Source of the DNA: Epiperipatus broadwayi
Lineage: Eukaryota; Animalia; Onychophora
Assembly: GCA_028023455.1 (NCBI GenBank)
Contig: JAQFVV010000009.1
Location: forward strand, 12,524,001 to 12,588,000
DNA length: 64,000 nucleotides
Direction: 5' to 3'
The position numbers and the translations under genes were made by a program. The notes under the pieces were generated by a model, which saw only the letters and a list, made by a program, of their open reading frames with translations, searched no databases and was not told the DNA's origin. Positions 11,901-25,790 of this stretch are shown here, piece by piece. Each line of letters starts with the position of its first letter. The first letter of the stretch is position 1.

Positions 11901-14900
11901 CTTAATAATTTTATAATCCTTTAGACTTTTAAAAAAAAATTATAAAATTTTTAAAAATTAAACTAATTGATTATTTAAGCAATATATTACTGGCTTGTAG
12001 TAATATACTGGGTACTACTTTAACAATTAATAATAAAGAATAAAAAAGAAAGAATAATAAAAAGAATAAGAATAATGAAAAAGCGTGAACCCTCATTTAT
12101 ATACGTGCTCTAATTATCATCTGATTGGTTACTTGACCCTCAGCTTACAAACTAATTTACATACTTGCCAATTTTGTGCTTTTAAATTTTTAGAAATAAA
12201 ATTATGAGTTATCGGTTTTAATAATAACATGATAATACTTAATTCTAAATCAATGTTATAATTATACTTAAACAAATTAAATACTTTAAAACAACACATT
12301 TTAAACAATTCTTTATCAATTTAACTAACACTTAATTCTAATGTATCTATTTTTAGTTTATCTTTATTAACTTCAAATTGTTTTTTAAAAAATAACTAAT
12401 TAATTTAATAGTTTCCTATATTTATTTTTATATTCAAATGTTCTCAATTTTAAACAATTCTGAAAGTAATTTTTAAAAACTTTCTTAAAAACCTTGCAAG
12501 CACACACAAAAAATACATGCATTGTTATTCACATGATCATAATCCCAGACACAGTGTTGCAATTTTTTATATTCACTGTCTGAAATGAAATTAATTAAAT
12601 ATTTAATTATAAAAATATTATATGATAAAATAATAAAATATAATGATAAAATTTGGAATAATAAATTTTGACATAATTTAAACAGTAAATAAAATTGAAT
12701 ACACTTGTTTATACCATAAAATACTAAAACTTTTAATAAATAGTTATATAAATTTAAATCTAATTTATAAAATACATTTAATAACTTATTTAAATTTTAA
12801 ACATTATTTACAATTAGTTTTCAAAAGCTTGTTTAATAAGACTTTTACTGCATAATTTTAAATCATTATAACTATGATCAATTCTCCCACCATAAAAAAT
12901 TATATTATTTAACTTTTATAATATTTATTTAACATTTTATAATAACTTTTAAATACTTTTATAACTTTTGAATTCATCTCAACAAAGTTTAGAACTCTAT
13001 CAACATTATTATAGTACTTACAATACTTAGATTTCTTTTAATTTAAATTTTTTTAAGAAATTGGCTTTTAAAACCCATTCAGACCTAATAAAAAGGATAC
13101 AATGTACATCAAAACTATATTATAAAAAAAATTTAAATAATAATAATAGTTATTAATAATAAATGTAGGAGATATTTATTTTAATTTACAGAGTGTGTTT
13201 ACTTGTGTATCTATTGAAGCAATGTTAATGTTTATCAATATTCTGAAATTTTATAAAACTTTTACTTTTAGAACATATTTTATTAAGTAAAATACTATAC
13301 ATCAAATTTAGAAAGGATAATAATGAAGGACTAAAATATGTGTTTTTACCATATACTGAAAATATTTTATTAACATATGTAATCGATATGTGTTTAGCTC
13401 AGAGAAGGAATAATGGCTACTGAATATTGAAATATGCAAATTTTAATGAGTTTTTTTTATTGTTAATTTATTTATATTTTTGTTTGTTTATTTATATTTT
13501 ACTTTGGATAAAATATAACTGAAATTGTATAGTTCATGGCTTCACTGTATTTAGCATTTCTGAGCTAGCTCTTACTATTTTCCTGTCTTCACACTATCAT
13601 TCTTCCATATTATCAGTATTTATCCTTTAGCCATGTGCAACATCTGATGGCATTGTATTATGTGAAAAATCACATAAAAATGCCGTTTATGTGGCCCAAG
13701 TTATGGCCTATAGAACAGTTCTATTCATATTGGCCATTAGCAGGCCTATATTGAACTTACACACAGATATTACAACCTGCTGATGTGCTTCATGACACTA
13801 TGCAGAATGTACACATTTCAGATATCGCTACCATATTATGAGGGTGTATGGAATTCAACTGACCATAACTCTTAGTAATCTGCATCCAAAGTAATGATCT
13901 TACACCCTACCTGATGTAGTATTACATGGTAATATTGTGCTTCTCTACACAGCTTGCAAGGTGGAAAAAATTATATAAGGGTAGTGACAAGCACAATTTG
14001 ATAGAATTCAGACAAAAAGGCAAGTTTTCAGGAGAACAGCTATGAGACAAATGAAATGGCTGAGGTTGCATGTTGTTTTGTAAATCATAAGCTTGGTTTG
14101 CTCAGACTAGTGCATCTATTGGACAATCCTTCGGATCATCAAAAACATTGGGTTCTAGGCCCTGCATAATCCAATGGTACATGCTGACATTTATCATGTA
14201 ATTGGAAAATGTAATTAATTCATTTCAGAAAAAGGTAATGCTTCCTTTTTTAAAAAATAATGTTGGTTCATAAATTCGGTTATGAACTTGAAAATTGTTT
14301 CAAAAAAAAAAATGTTTTAAAAAGGTAAAACAAAAACAATTTTTAAAAAAGTAATAAAAATTAGAAATTAAAAGTAAAAGATGCAACATTAAGTAATCCA
14401 AAAAAAGATGGCCCAGTAACGTTAAATTTTATATGATTTTGCAAATAAATGCCATCAAGTGGCACGCATGGCTAAAGGATTAAAACCATATTATCTAATA
14501 CTTGAAATAAGTTTTTATTGATTGGGAAAAAAAATACAACAGAAAGTAAAATACCCTCATACTTACACCTATATGTGTATAATAAGAACATTGCTTGTAA
14601 TGAATTTTGTAACACCCTACATCCTATTTACATCATCAGAGATTAAAATAAAAAAAAATAAAAAACTAATCTGAGACTTAGTAGGAGGATATTTCACTTA
14701 TTACTGATCAAGATTATATCACATAATTATATTTTTGTCATTTTGCTTTTCAGTATTAATCTGGGACCATTGTCTGAATGTTTAGCTGGACTATCTATGT
14801 TCTCTTTATGTCCAAAAAATTCTAGGCCTTCATAAATATTCTCAGCTAGGTTGAAACAATCATGTCAGATGGATGCATTATCCACTGAATCATGAGTTAC

Positions 14901-15438
14901 TTTTTGAGTAGAATTTTGAGATGCAATGTCAAGTTAATAACTTTGGACTTTTTTTAAAAAAAGCTAATCTGATTCTAATAGTTCACAAATGAACAAACTA
15001 GCATTTATATTTCAAGTGCATTAAGTTGTCTCACTGGTTTGCATGACTTAGGTAAGTGTTAATGGACTCAAGAACTAAAGAGCTTTAAATCAAAGCTTTG
15101 TCACTTCTGGTGCTCAAATATCATACAATGTTCTGACTAATAAAGCAATTCTATTATTTTCTTTACTGCTTTACAGAATAATAAAGAGCAATATGCTTTG
15201 CATATGTACAGGTTCTCCAATCGAAGACAGATTGAATAATTTGATAATACAGAATTATGGCCAAATGATAACACTCATGATTGGTGGTAATTTGTCATTG
15301 TAATTTATTCTAGCATCTCAATTTTAAAGTTACATCATAAACTTTATGAATCCTTTACATTTTTAGAATGCATAAGATTTCTTATGTCTTATTCACTTGT
15401 ATTTTCTATGGTTCTACTAAATATTATAATAATATTGA

Positions 15439-15968
15439 TGTGTCCTTTGAGCAGCAAGTAAATAAATGACAAAGGCAGAATTGAGATGGTAATTAATAGT
15501 TTAATTTAAATAATGTACAAGCATATTTACAAATGTACATTAAAATAATAAAAGGTTGTGGTGACCTGCACATAATAAACCCTAGTCCTGTTTTTGGACT
15601 TACAGAGGCAGGAGTCTCTGACTTAGATTAATACCAGAACCTATAGACCAGGTTCTGGGGGTTTATATACCCCTCAAGACTTCTGTAGTCTTTACAAACA
15701 TTACCAAATATGGCTTCTTCTTTTTTTTTACATACACTTGGTATTTTTTACCCATCTCACCATAGATGGCGTTTTTTACAGTTCTCTGATCTTATAAAGC
15801 CAGCCATGCAACTTTATGACCTAACAATATTGCTACATATTTATTGTTACAATTATTTACAAACAATCATTATACATAATTATTGTACAGTTATTTTTAT
15901 TCTACACAATTATTATACATTTATTGTTACACACATATTTATATAAATTCCTTGCTTGATCTTGTACA
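15439..15968 (-). mobile_element. Solo LTR, copy A (Ty3/gypsy-type, inferred)
   Basis: TG...CA ends (tgtgtcc...cttgtaca). Roughly 80% similar to 24230-24833. Flanks (ttga/cgca) do not match as a TSD. Confidence 0.65.
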
Positions 15969-16668
15969 CGCAAATATTTATTAAGATTGAGTATTCGATT
16001 GCTACTGATGTCTTTTCTTATCACTTGATCGTTGTATCCTTTGCTAAAACCAAAGAATAAATGTTTATTAAAGTACTTTTTTATCATTTGATCAGTGTTA
16101 TTTTGTTACAATTTTTTGGAATCATTAAGTCTCATTTTTAGAAGTGTGTGTTTAGTTTATAATCTACAAGCAGATGGAGTAATTAAATAATAAAGGATAG
16201 CATCTGAATATTACTGATGATAGTAACTTGATAATTTATTCCAGAAATTCACATTTAAAGATGTGCTTAAATAATACAATATAAAAATATTTATATGTAT
16301 ATTTAATGACCAACACTATACAATGCTTAATTTAAAAAAAAAAATCTGTTAATATTCAAATTCTTTAAGAAAATGATTGTCTTATTATTGAGCCCAATCA
16401 AAAAAAAATTAGGATATATATTTTTGTCAATGGTAAAATATTTGAAATGGTAAAATAGTTAATTATATAAAAAGTTATGTTTCTTCTTAACCGGAAAAAA
16501 GCAGATCGGAGAGAAGTAAAACCAGTTCTGTGTAATGGCATATTCAAAACTACTAATCAATGAAGAGTAGTTGAGACTTTGTCGGAAATAAATGTGATAA
16601 TATATTTAGGCACATTTTGGTTTACGTTTATTAATATAATGTAGGCACATATGATTCTGCAGACTACG

Positions 16669-18750
16669 TATTGTACCGGTAAACTTGAGGGACCATCTTT
16701 AAATACGAATAAACAAGTGCAAATTTCATAGTCATATGTAAAGTAGATAATAATGGAGATGATTGAACCTAAAACAAGTTATAATTCCCAATCAACTCCC
16801 AAAAATCAACACTAGTATTTTGAAATAGTTTTTCTTTTCACTCAGCAATAATTTAATTTAAATAAAAAATTAATACATTTGTTCTTTTATCAGGGTGCCA
16901 TGCTAAATGAATCAATTTCAAAACCAGGATCCTTCAATTCACAAAACATTCCGCCATTTTTGCCCAGAAGTTAATTAAAATATTTTTTTCTCTTAATTAA
17001 TAAGTGCTAAAATGACCATTTGGAAATTAAAGTTGCTAAATAAAAAAAACACTGACAATTTGATCAAAAACAATTTATTTCACAATTAAATTTAATTCCC
17101 GTATATACACGCGCACACACAAAATTAAAACAAATTATTTTTAAATGCATTCATATAGCAAAGCATATAAAAAATAAATGGATAACAATGATTAAGCAAC
17201 TAATACATAGATTATTAATAAAGATGGAAACATAACGAAAGAAATTAATTATAGAATTAAACTTGGTTGGAGTGCTTTTGGTAGAAATAACTTGATACTA
17301 AAAGGAAATATGCCTATGTGTTTGAAAATGAAGGTTTTTAACAAATGTGTTTTACCGGTTCTTACTTATGGATCTGAGACTTGGACACTTAATAGAAGAG
17401 CAATACAGAGACTTCAGACCACTCAAAGAAGTATGGAGAGATGTATGTTGCGAGTAACAAGAAGAGATCAAAAATGCAATGTATGGGTAAGAGAACAAAC
17501 AGGTGTTACTGACCTCATTGAAAAAAATAAAAGATTGAAATGGAGTTGGGCTGGACATATTGCTAGAAGAGATGATAATAGATGGACAATTGAAATTTTA
17601 AACTGGATTCCAAGAGATTGTAAAAGACCCAGAAAGAGACCACATGAGAGATGGATGGATGAAATAAGAAAGTGTGCAGGGGTGATGTGGAGAAGAGAAG
17701 CTAAAGATCGGAGAAGATGGATTAAACTTGGAGAAACCTTCATCCTGCAGTGGATTGATAATGGTTGATAATGATGAATGATGATGACATATAAATTGCA
17801 TATTAACAAAGAAATCAGATTATACTGAATTAAGGCATTTTTAAAATAGTTTTTTTTTCTAAAGTTTTAAAAAGAATTGTCTTTCATGGCATTTTATTTT
17901 TTTAACACTTCCATTACTGATCAGAATGGCATGAAAATCGTGATGTTTTCTGTCATCTGGTTTCTTTTTAAATGTTCAGTTTTTCATGACAAAATAAAGT
18001 CAATCGAGTCACACATTTTCCATAGACGTTTTAAATTAACTTTGGGTTAGGCATTGACGTTCGAGTTCAGGAAGCTCCAGAAGAAATCTATATACTTTAT
18101 GGTTAGTAGACTTTAGTACCTAGCAATGCATATTTCTCTGGCCGTATCAATAAATGTTCCTTAGGTTGCATATTTCTGACAAAGACGATTTTTGTTCCAT
18201 AAACTACATAACCTTGAAATATTTTTTTTAGTCACGTTAAAAGTTCACGACAACTAAAAAGTTTATACTGCCAAACTCTAGTCCAGATCAAATTAAAACA
18301 ACGAATGAATTAATAATAACTCCCTTCGAAAATGTGTCTCCTTTATATTTTCTCTCCTATCAAAATTATTTATATATATTTTTTAATTACATGTATACAA
18401 CCCATAAGTAATTAACAGACTAATAAATTGAAGACTTCTTATCTTTTGCTGTCTGTGTGTAGATTCATTTGTTATCAGTAACTCTGATCAAATTAAAATT
18501 TCTTCAAACCACATTTAAAAAATATAATTATTTCAAGTTTTTTTTTCTTAATTTAAGGCATCTTACATTGATTTAAGTTTTTTATTAAAATTCATTTTAA
18601 TAAATGTTTATCCAAGTAAGATGCTTTCATATATTTCATCTCTGCACACACATGCATAAAGTTCTTAATAATAATAATGTTTTTAAATCTAAAAGAACTT
18701 TAAATAATTTTTAACAATTGAGTACATGCTTGCTATTCTGGTGACCATTA
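16669..18750. repeat. Unclassified ~2-kb repeat 'X', copy A (interrupted by an RTE fragment)
   Basis: Collinear similarity to 25145-28148 throughout, e.g. gtagataataatggagatgattgaacctaaaac, tgctaaatgaatcaatttcaaaa and aaagaactttaaataatttttaacaattgagtacatgct. Confidence 0.85.
17206..17787 (+). mobile_element. 5'-truncated RTE LINE, same family as 1131-4330
   Basis: ORF 17292..17768 encodes the RTE C-terminus (KWSWAGHIARRDDNRW, W.PRDCKRPRKRP.ERWMDEI) and ends in an (ATG)-rich tail. Possible short TSD acata. Absent from repeat X copy B. Confidence 0.93.
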
Positions 18751-19299
18751 AATACCCCCCCTCCCCATTTAAAAAAATGAGACAATAAAAACATTTTATT
18801 TTTCATTCCAGCTTTTCTACAGTTTTTATTCTAGAGATAAGGTTTTTTTTTTTTTATCATTCACAATTTCTTTTAGATTTAACAAATAAATTAAGCATGG
18901 AAATTTTAATAACAAATGCTATATAATTCAATTTCTGCTGTTGCTTAACTTTGTTCACGCTAATTAACCCCATGCATAGTCGCAAAGTCAATTTGAGCTA
19001 TCTGCCATATATCAAAGCTGAGATTTATCAAATCAAGACCTGAACGTGAAAAAACTAGAAGTTAGAGGATATCTTCAAATCACCCACTTAGATTGGGTCT
19101 ATGACACAAGTATAGCCTTATAAATTCCATATATTTACTATTAATAATAAAAAATAGATCATTGACTGTGATAATATACTAGAAGCTCAGGAATATATTC
19201 AACACTCACACTTATACTGGGACCATGCCACAAGTGTAACCTTATAACTTCTTTATGATAATTAATAAAAAATACAGACCAAATCACTAACTGGAATAT

Positions 19300-20700
19300 G
19301 CAAATAGAATTATAATATCTCTATTGTGTAACCACTTGTTATAAATGAAGGGATCATTTCCTTAAAAATAAATGGTGTGGCTTCATTAAGAATTACCACC
19401 ATTCATGTCAAGTAATTATACTTCTTGAACCTAGCATAGGCATCATCTCATAAGAGACCACAAAGCTTAGCATACCATTTACTTTCTATTTTTATACTTG
19501 AATGGCTTCAATAATTGAGCATTATATTTCCATTTCAGTCGCTATAAGTTGTGCTTTACAAAATAAAATTTTTTTTTTATTATCTAGAGATATTCTAAGA
19601 ATCATAATATAAGATTTTAAATATATATTACATTTAATATGGTCAAAATCACTATAAAACAATTCATTTATCCTTTTTATTAGGTCTGGAATCATCACCA
19701 TTTTAGACTTTCTATATTTCATTAAGATTTAGTCTTTATCTCTTTCCCAGTATTTCTTAAGTGATGCTGGTGATCTTATTTGAGATGATCAGAAAAAGTT
19801 ATTATCATCCTCTTTCATCTTAAAGGCAGGTTCATAGATGCTTCATACTGTTCTCATGAGTTTTATCTGTTTGACCTTTAAACCCATCCATTTTTAAGAA
19901 CTTGTTTATACTGAGGCTTTTGCCAAAACTATTATGTTTAACCTCTATCATTTCAGGTTCTATTTTATTTTCCTCATAACCAGCATTATAACTGTTTAAT
20001 TCTAGGTTTTCCAACTTCATAATTCTACATTTTCTCTTGTTCAGCTTTTATTTTGCCAAAATGGTGTATCATATCTGCTTTTGTTTTCTTTATCTGTTCT
20101 GTTTCTTCTAACTCCAAAAAATTTATGTAACCTTGGTCACGAGTTTTCTTGGACTGCTCATTTGACTGGCCATGCATATTTGTGTTCTGTGAACTTAGGA
20201 CTTGCTATCTCTCATCTGTTATTATTTTACCATAAATTTCTACATCATTTAACTTTACAATTATCTCTACTACATTTTCTTGTACCTCATCTATTGATTT
20301 TTCATTTTTTTTACTTCATTATTTATGTTCTCTGCCTTTCTACTATATTCTTCTTGCATCTCAGATGGCTAATCCTTTCCTCACCCTTCTCAGAGAATGT
20401 TTCAATCAATTTTTTATACTCTTCCCATATTTTTTTTTACTAATTCTCCTAATTATTTGATGAGTTTCATTCAACTTTTTATTCATTTCATTTATATTTG
20501 GTAGCATTTCCTGTTTGCTTTCTTTAAGTCATACAACAATTTCATGTCATCACTGAGTAAAGTTGCTTCAGCAGATTTAATTTTTGTTTGTTCGAGCTCG
20601 AACTCTGTTGGGTGTTCTACCTCTTGCCTCAAGGAATTGTCTATGATTGACTCTCCATTTTTTAACTGATCTAGTGATCATCTACTCTATATTGAAGCAG
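19300..20700 (-). mobile_element. Possible heavily decayed LTR-retrotransposon gag region
   Basis: Broken, K/E-rich coiled-coil-like frames followed by a gag-like segment (KFLKMDGFKGQTDKTH). No diagnostic motif is intact. Confidence 0.3.
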
Positions 20701-22405
20701 TCAATCTTAGCTTAAGATTGAGCTTCATAGTTCCATTTACTAACCTATATTCAAACCTATATCACATCCCGCTTCTTTTATAATGTATATATATATATAT
20801 TTTATGTATATATTTGAGATGCGCACCTAAATTATAAAATTTTAACATTTCAATAACATTTTTTTAATTATTATTAATTCTTTTTATTAATTATTAGTTC
20901 TTTTTATTAAAGTATGTAGGTGTGGCTCAAATATATATATATATAGGAGCAAAATACTAACAAAATATTGATTTTTTAAAATATTTTATTACATGTCATT
21001 TATACAACTTTTTTTTCTTAAAGTATTTTTTTTCCTATTAAACTGTATTTTATAAAATCCAAGATGGAAGATGCAACTATTGATTGTCCAAAAATAATTA
21101 AAGGGTTGGAAACACTATTGTTTTAATCTGGGGGAGGTGTTTTTAATTAAAGTTTTTACTTAAAATGGGATTAAGATTAAAGATTTTCTTTTGTTATAAA
21201 CATTTTTGTCAAATCTATTTCTAATCTGGAAATAGATTTGAATTTAATTTTGGACATTATCTAACATTGCATTGTTCAAAACAATGGACAAAGAAATGTA
21301 AAATTTCTGTTAGATCAGAGATTAGATTTTAAGGCTAAAACTAAGTAATTAAAAGCATTCCAGAAATACTTGAGCAGAGTATAAAATAGCCAGATTTTAA
21401 ATCACCAACAGATAGATTAGCTACTATTGAGAGAACTGTATTGTAAACATATGACATGTCGCTTGAAACTTAAAATGGTGTAGTAGTAAATCCACTATCC
21501 TTCTCGGCCCTGTTGGGTCATTATCTTCTGCTGCCGTTATATCATGCTCCCATAGAATGAAGTAAAAGTCTGACTGGAGAATTGTGGAATGCTGAATGTA
21601 AGCTTGCTGTTCTTTAAGAACCAATTGCCATGCATGAACAGACTTTAAAATATGGACTCTTAAAATAGTGCAAGGTAAATTTCAAACCACAAGTAAACCT
21701 AGTCTAACTAATCTCAAACTCTATTATCAAGACTTATTCACCTAATGTATTATTTAACTTTATTTCTAAAATATAATATGCAAATTGCTCGTAAATAATT
21801 TCTATAAATTTAATTCTGTCTCATATGCTCTTTCTTTAATTTTGGTGTGGTCATCTATTTATAGTTATTTATTACTTGATTTTATATGTCAATTTTAGTT
21901 ATTAATATGCCAATCTCTAACAATCTGCTGTGTTAAATTGTATAAAATCTTTTCTTTCTATTTAAGTAAACCTTCATGAATCAAGATTATTTAACATCCC
22001 CTTAAAATATAATGCATTACTAATTAATACACCCGCCAGATTGTTTTTATGAGTCAACATTTTATGTTTTAGTGTAAAAATTTGTCATTTTTTTAACTCT
22101 GGATTTTCTACCTGGGGAGAATGCAGAACTCAAGCTAATTAACGCTCTGAAACCTTAGTTATCTTACAAATGTTATGATTCAATTCTGAAAGGGTGACTT
22201 AAATGTTTTCTATATATAACTGCTAGTTTTTATTTTATTGTTCCATACTCTTAAAATATCAAATACAGTAATTAAATATTCCAGTTATTATAAAATCAAT
22301 GAAGGTGGTATTGATTTATTTTAAATAGCAGAAAAGAAGAGGATCAAATCTTAATGTATATTTTATTAAATGAAATCTTCCCTATATATATATATATATA
22401 TATAT

Positions 22406-22528
22406 GTTAAAACGAAGATTTGCACGGGTTAAATATATAAAATGCATATTTTGCGGGTTCATCCGTGTTAAAAAACTTTTAATATCAATTTACTGACGTT
22501 TCGACTTGATCACACAAGCCATCCCAGA

Positions 22529-22532
<4 letters not shown>
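22406..22532 (-). mobile_element. Penelope-like terminal fragment with a degenerate minimal hammerhead ribozyme, inside a (TA)n tract
   Basis: Minus strand reads ACT-CTGGGA-TGGCTTG tgtgat CAAGTC-GAAAC-GTC-AGT. Flanked by (TA)n at ~22383-22405 and 22533-22599. Confidence 0.7.
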
Positions 22533-22601
<69 letters not shown>

Positions 22602-24229
22602 TAGCAGCATAGTATATTATTTATCTAAATTATGGCATTCAAATAAGGGTCATTCATTTTAAAGCAGTAAAACTTATTCAATGTCCTTAGTGACATTTAT
22701 CATTACTGCATTACTGACATTTGGCCTATCTTTGTATGTATATATATATTATATGCTTCTAATCTTCTAATCTGGGGGTTGCGACAAGTTTGAACTCATA
22801 GATTTATTTCTCAAGCCTTGTTCTGAGGATAGTTGACCTACCCAGAACCATTTATTTCGTATAAAAGGGCCTCTGGTGGTGATTCCCAAAAGTCTGGCAC
22901 ATGCTATGCTTATCCACTTTCTTCATGTCAAAGGCCTGCATGTTGGCAAAGTCTATAGCATGCCTTATTCAATTTTCTCTAAGCACTGCCCAAGAAAGGA
23001 AGCTTAGATTTCGTTCTCATCCAGAAGCATGACTGTTTCCTTGTAGTTATTTTTTGGCTATTATGTCAGAACCGCCCAAAGTTCGTATTATTATTATTAT
23101 TATTATTTCTTTTGCTTATAACCTAATTTTAGTGCTGTAATAATACTGAAATTGTGCTCTGCTAAAAAAAATATATAAATGTCAACTACTTCTAGTTTTA
23201 TTAATTAAATTTATTTCAGTCTTATACAATCCCACCATCGTAACTTATTTTTGTATTTAAGAGTATCTATATTCCTTGGGGAAAATAAAGCATTCTTCTT
23301 ACCAGAGCTAATTAAAACAAGTTTCATTAAGTATTTTATCATATAATCAAATGTGTTTTTCAAATGTATTTTATTTATTTTCATGACCGTAATGGCATGA
23401 AAAGAGTTTGTATTATATCTGTAATGAATCTCGGAATGCTCCCCGAAATAATGTTAGTCACCATGTTTCAGAACCTTATATAAAAGCATTAATAGCAATT
23501 CTATGCAAATTCTTTCTAACAATCGATTGACATCTTAATATTGGACCCACCAAAGATGTGTGCTTATTTATAATATATTATTTAGCTAATAAAGAGCATA
23601 TGAGAAATAATAGCATGAATGACACTATGTAATCATCTATGGTTTGCTTATTCAGCACATACTAATGTTTGCAATTAATTCACATATGTAAATTACTAAT
23701 TTGTCATTATATTAAACTATATTTTTACTGTCTAACTTATTTGATTAGTTCGAATTCCTTTTTCTTCCCTTCCACACGTACAGCCATGCTTATATATATA
23801 TTTTAGTTTAGTCATAGTAATAGATGCCTCATTGTCTTCTCCACTTTGCTAGTGGGCTGGATTAAGAATTAATTCTCATGTGCAATAATTGTTATGTTAT
23901 ACATTAGGTGTTTGATCTGGGGCTTAGAGAGGTTCAAATTCAGGCTGGTCCCTGACCTAAATCTCGGGCTTGACTGAGTTTGAAGTACATTTTGTGAGTT
24001 CCAGCTCATGTTAGATGGATATACATGTTTTGACCAGTACAATATGTCTATTATCATTTATTTGATTTTTGCAGGGAATAAAGAAACAATAAATATTATT
24101 ATAAAAAAATTTTGATATATAATTTAGTGCACCAACTCTCACCATAACCATGCAAACCTCTTCATAAATATTTCAAATTTTCCTGAACCTATACTTATGC
24201 TGATTTTAATAAACTCTTTTGCCTACTGC

Positions 24230-24833
24230 TGTGTCCTGTGAGCAACAAATAAATAATTGACAAAGGCAGAAATGAGATGGTAAGCTAATAGTTTAATATA
24301 AATAACATACGAGCATTTTTACAACTGTATATAGCCTATTTAAGGCACATTAAAATAATAAAAAGTCATGGTGACCTGCACATAATAAAACCTAGTTCTT
24401 CTTTTGGACTTGCAGAGTCAGGAGTCTCTGACTTACATTAATATCAGAACATATAGACCAGGTTCTGAGAGTTTATATATCCCTAATGACTTTTGGAGTC
24501 TTTATAAACATTACTAATATGGTGTTTTTTTTACATGCAGTTGATATTTTTTTACCCACCTTACCATATATGGCATTTTTTATAATTCTCTGACCTTATA
24601 AGGCCAACTATGCAACTCTATGAGCTAACAATATTGCTACACATTTATAGTTACATTCCTGCACATTTATTGTTTACAATTATTTATATAATTATTATAT
24701 ATACAGTACAGTATATAATTATTTACACACAATCATTATATATAATTATTGCACAAAGTTATTATTTTTATTCTACACAATTATTATACATTTATTGTTG
24801 CATATATATATATTCCTGACTTGATCTTGATCA
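24230..24833 (-). mobile_element. Solo LTR, copy B
   Basis: TG...CA ends with a 4-bp TSD CTGC (24226-24229 and 24834-24837). Same family as 15439-15968. Confidence 0.75.
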
Positions 24834-25790
24834 CTGCACTTACTTAACCCTCTAAGTCGCATATGCCTTAAATGTTACTAATTATTATTTCTTATAATAA
24901 ATTCAAATGTCAGTTTCAACTTCCATTTCAAATGACACTATTTTCATATGTCAAAGCACTTATTTTAATAAATTATACAGTACCATTAATGTATAAATAA
25001 TAAACTGTAATATATTAATATATACATACATCCACTAAACTTTACTGATTTTTATTTTCTCGGGTGTTTTTTTTTTTTTTTTCATATTTTTGTCCCAAAT
25101 TCTCAGGTAAAAGAATTAATCTGGCTCTACTTGGGATGCCACTTTATTGTACTGATAATCTTCAGAGACCACCTTTAAATAGAGTAAACAAATGCAAATT
25201 TCATAGTCAGGTCTTAAGTAGATAATAATGGAGATGATTGAACCTAAAACAAATCATATTATCCAATCAACTCTCAAAAATCAGCCCTAGTATTTTGAAA
25301 TGGTTTTTCTTTTCACCAGCAATAATTTAATTTAAATAAAAAATTAATACACTTTATTTTGAATTTTTTTCTTATAATTATACAAAAGTTTTTATTATTA
25401 TTATTATTGATGAAAATGGCAATTTTGTATTGAATGGTCAGATCATGACAACATGTAGATTGATCGATACATTAATCACTTGGATGTATCAGCCTGGGTT
25501 TTGGGAAGTTCTTATAATTTAAAATGGCCATGAGTGCATATTAAATCAGTATCCTTTATTCTTTTATCAGAGTATCATGCTAAATGAATCAATTTCAAAA
25601 ATCAGATTCCTTCAATTCACAAAACGTTCTGGCATTTTTGCCCAGTGGTTAAACAATCTCTTTAATTAAAATACATTTTTCTCTTAATCGATAAGTACTA
25701 AAATGACTATTTGGAAATGAAAGTTAACTAAAAAAAGCACTGACAACTTGAATTAAAACTAACAACAATTTATTTCACAATTAAAATTAA

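Noticed and set aside
12014-12019. ACTACT as a Polinton terminus
   Set aside because: A 6-mer with no partner TIR is expected by chance.
21424-21740. Crypton tyrosine-recombinase resemblance (…HS…TG…)
   Set aside because: The motifs need several frameshifts and the catalytic residues are not recognisable.
24844-24860. piggyBac-like TTAACCCT end
   Set aside because: No matching right end was found.
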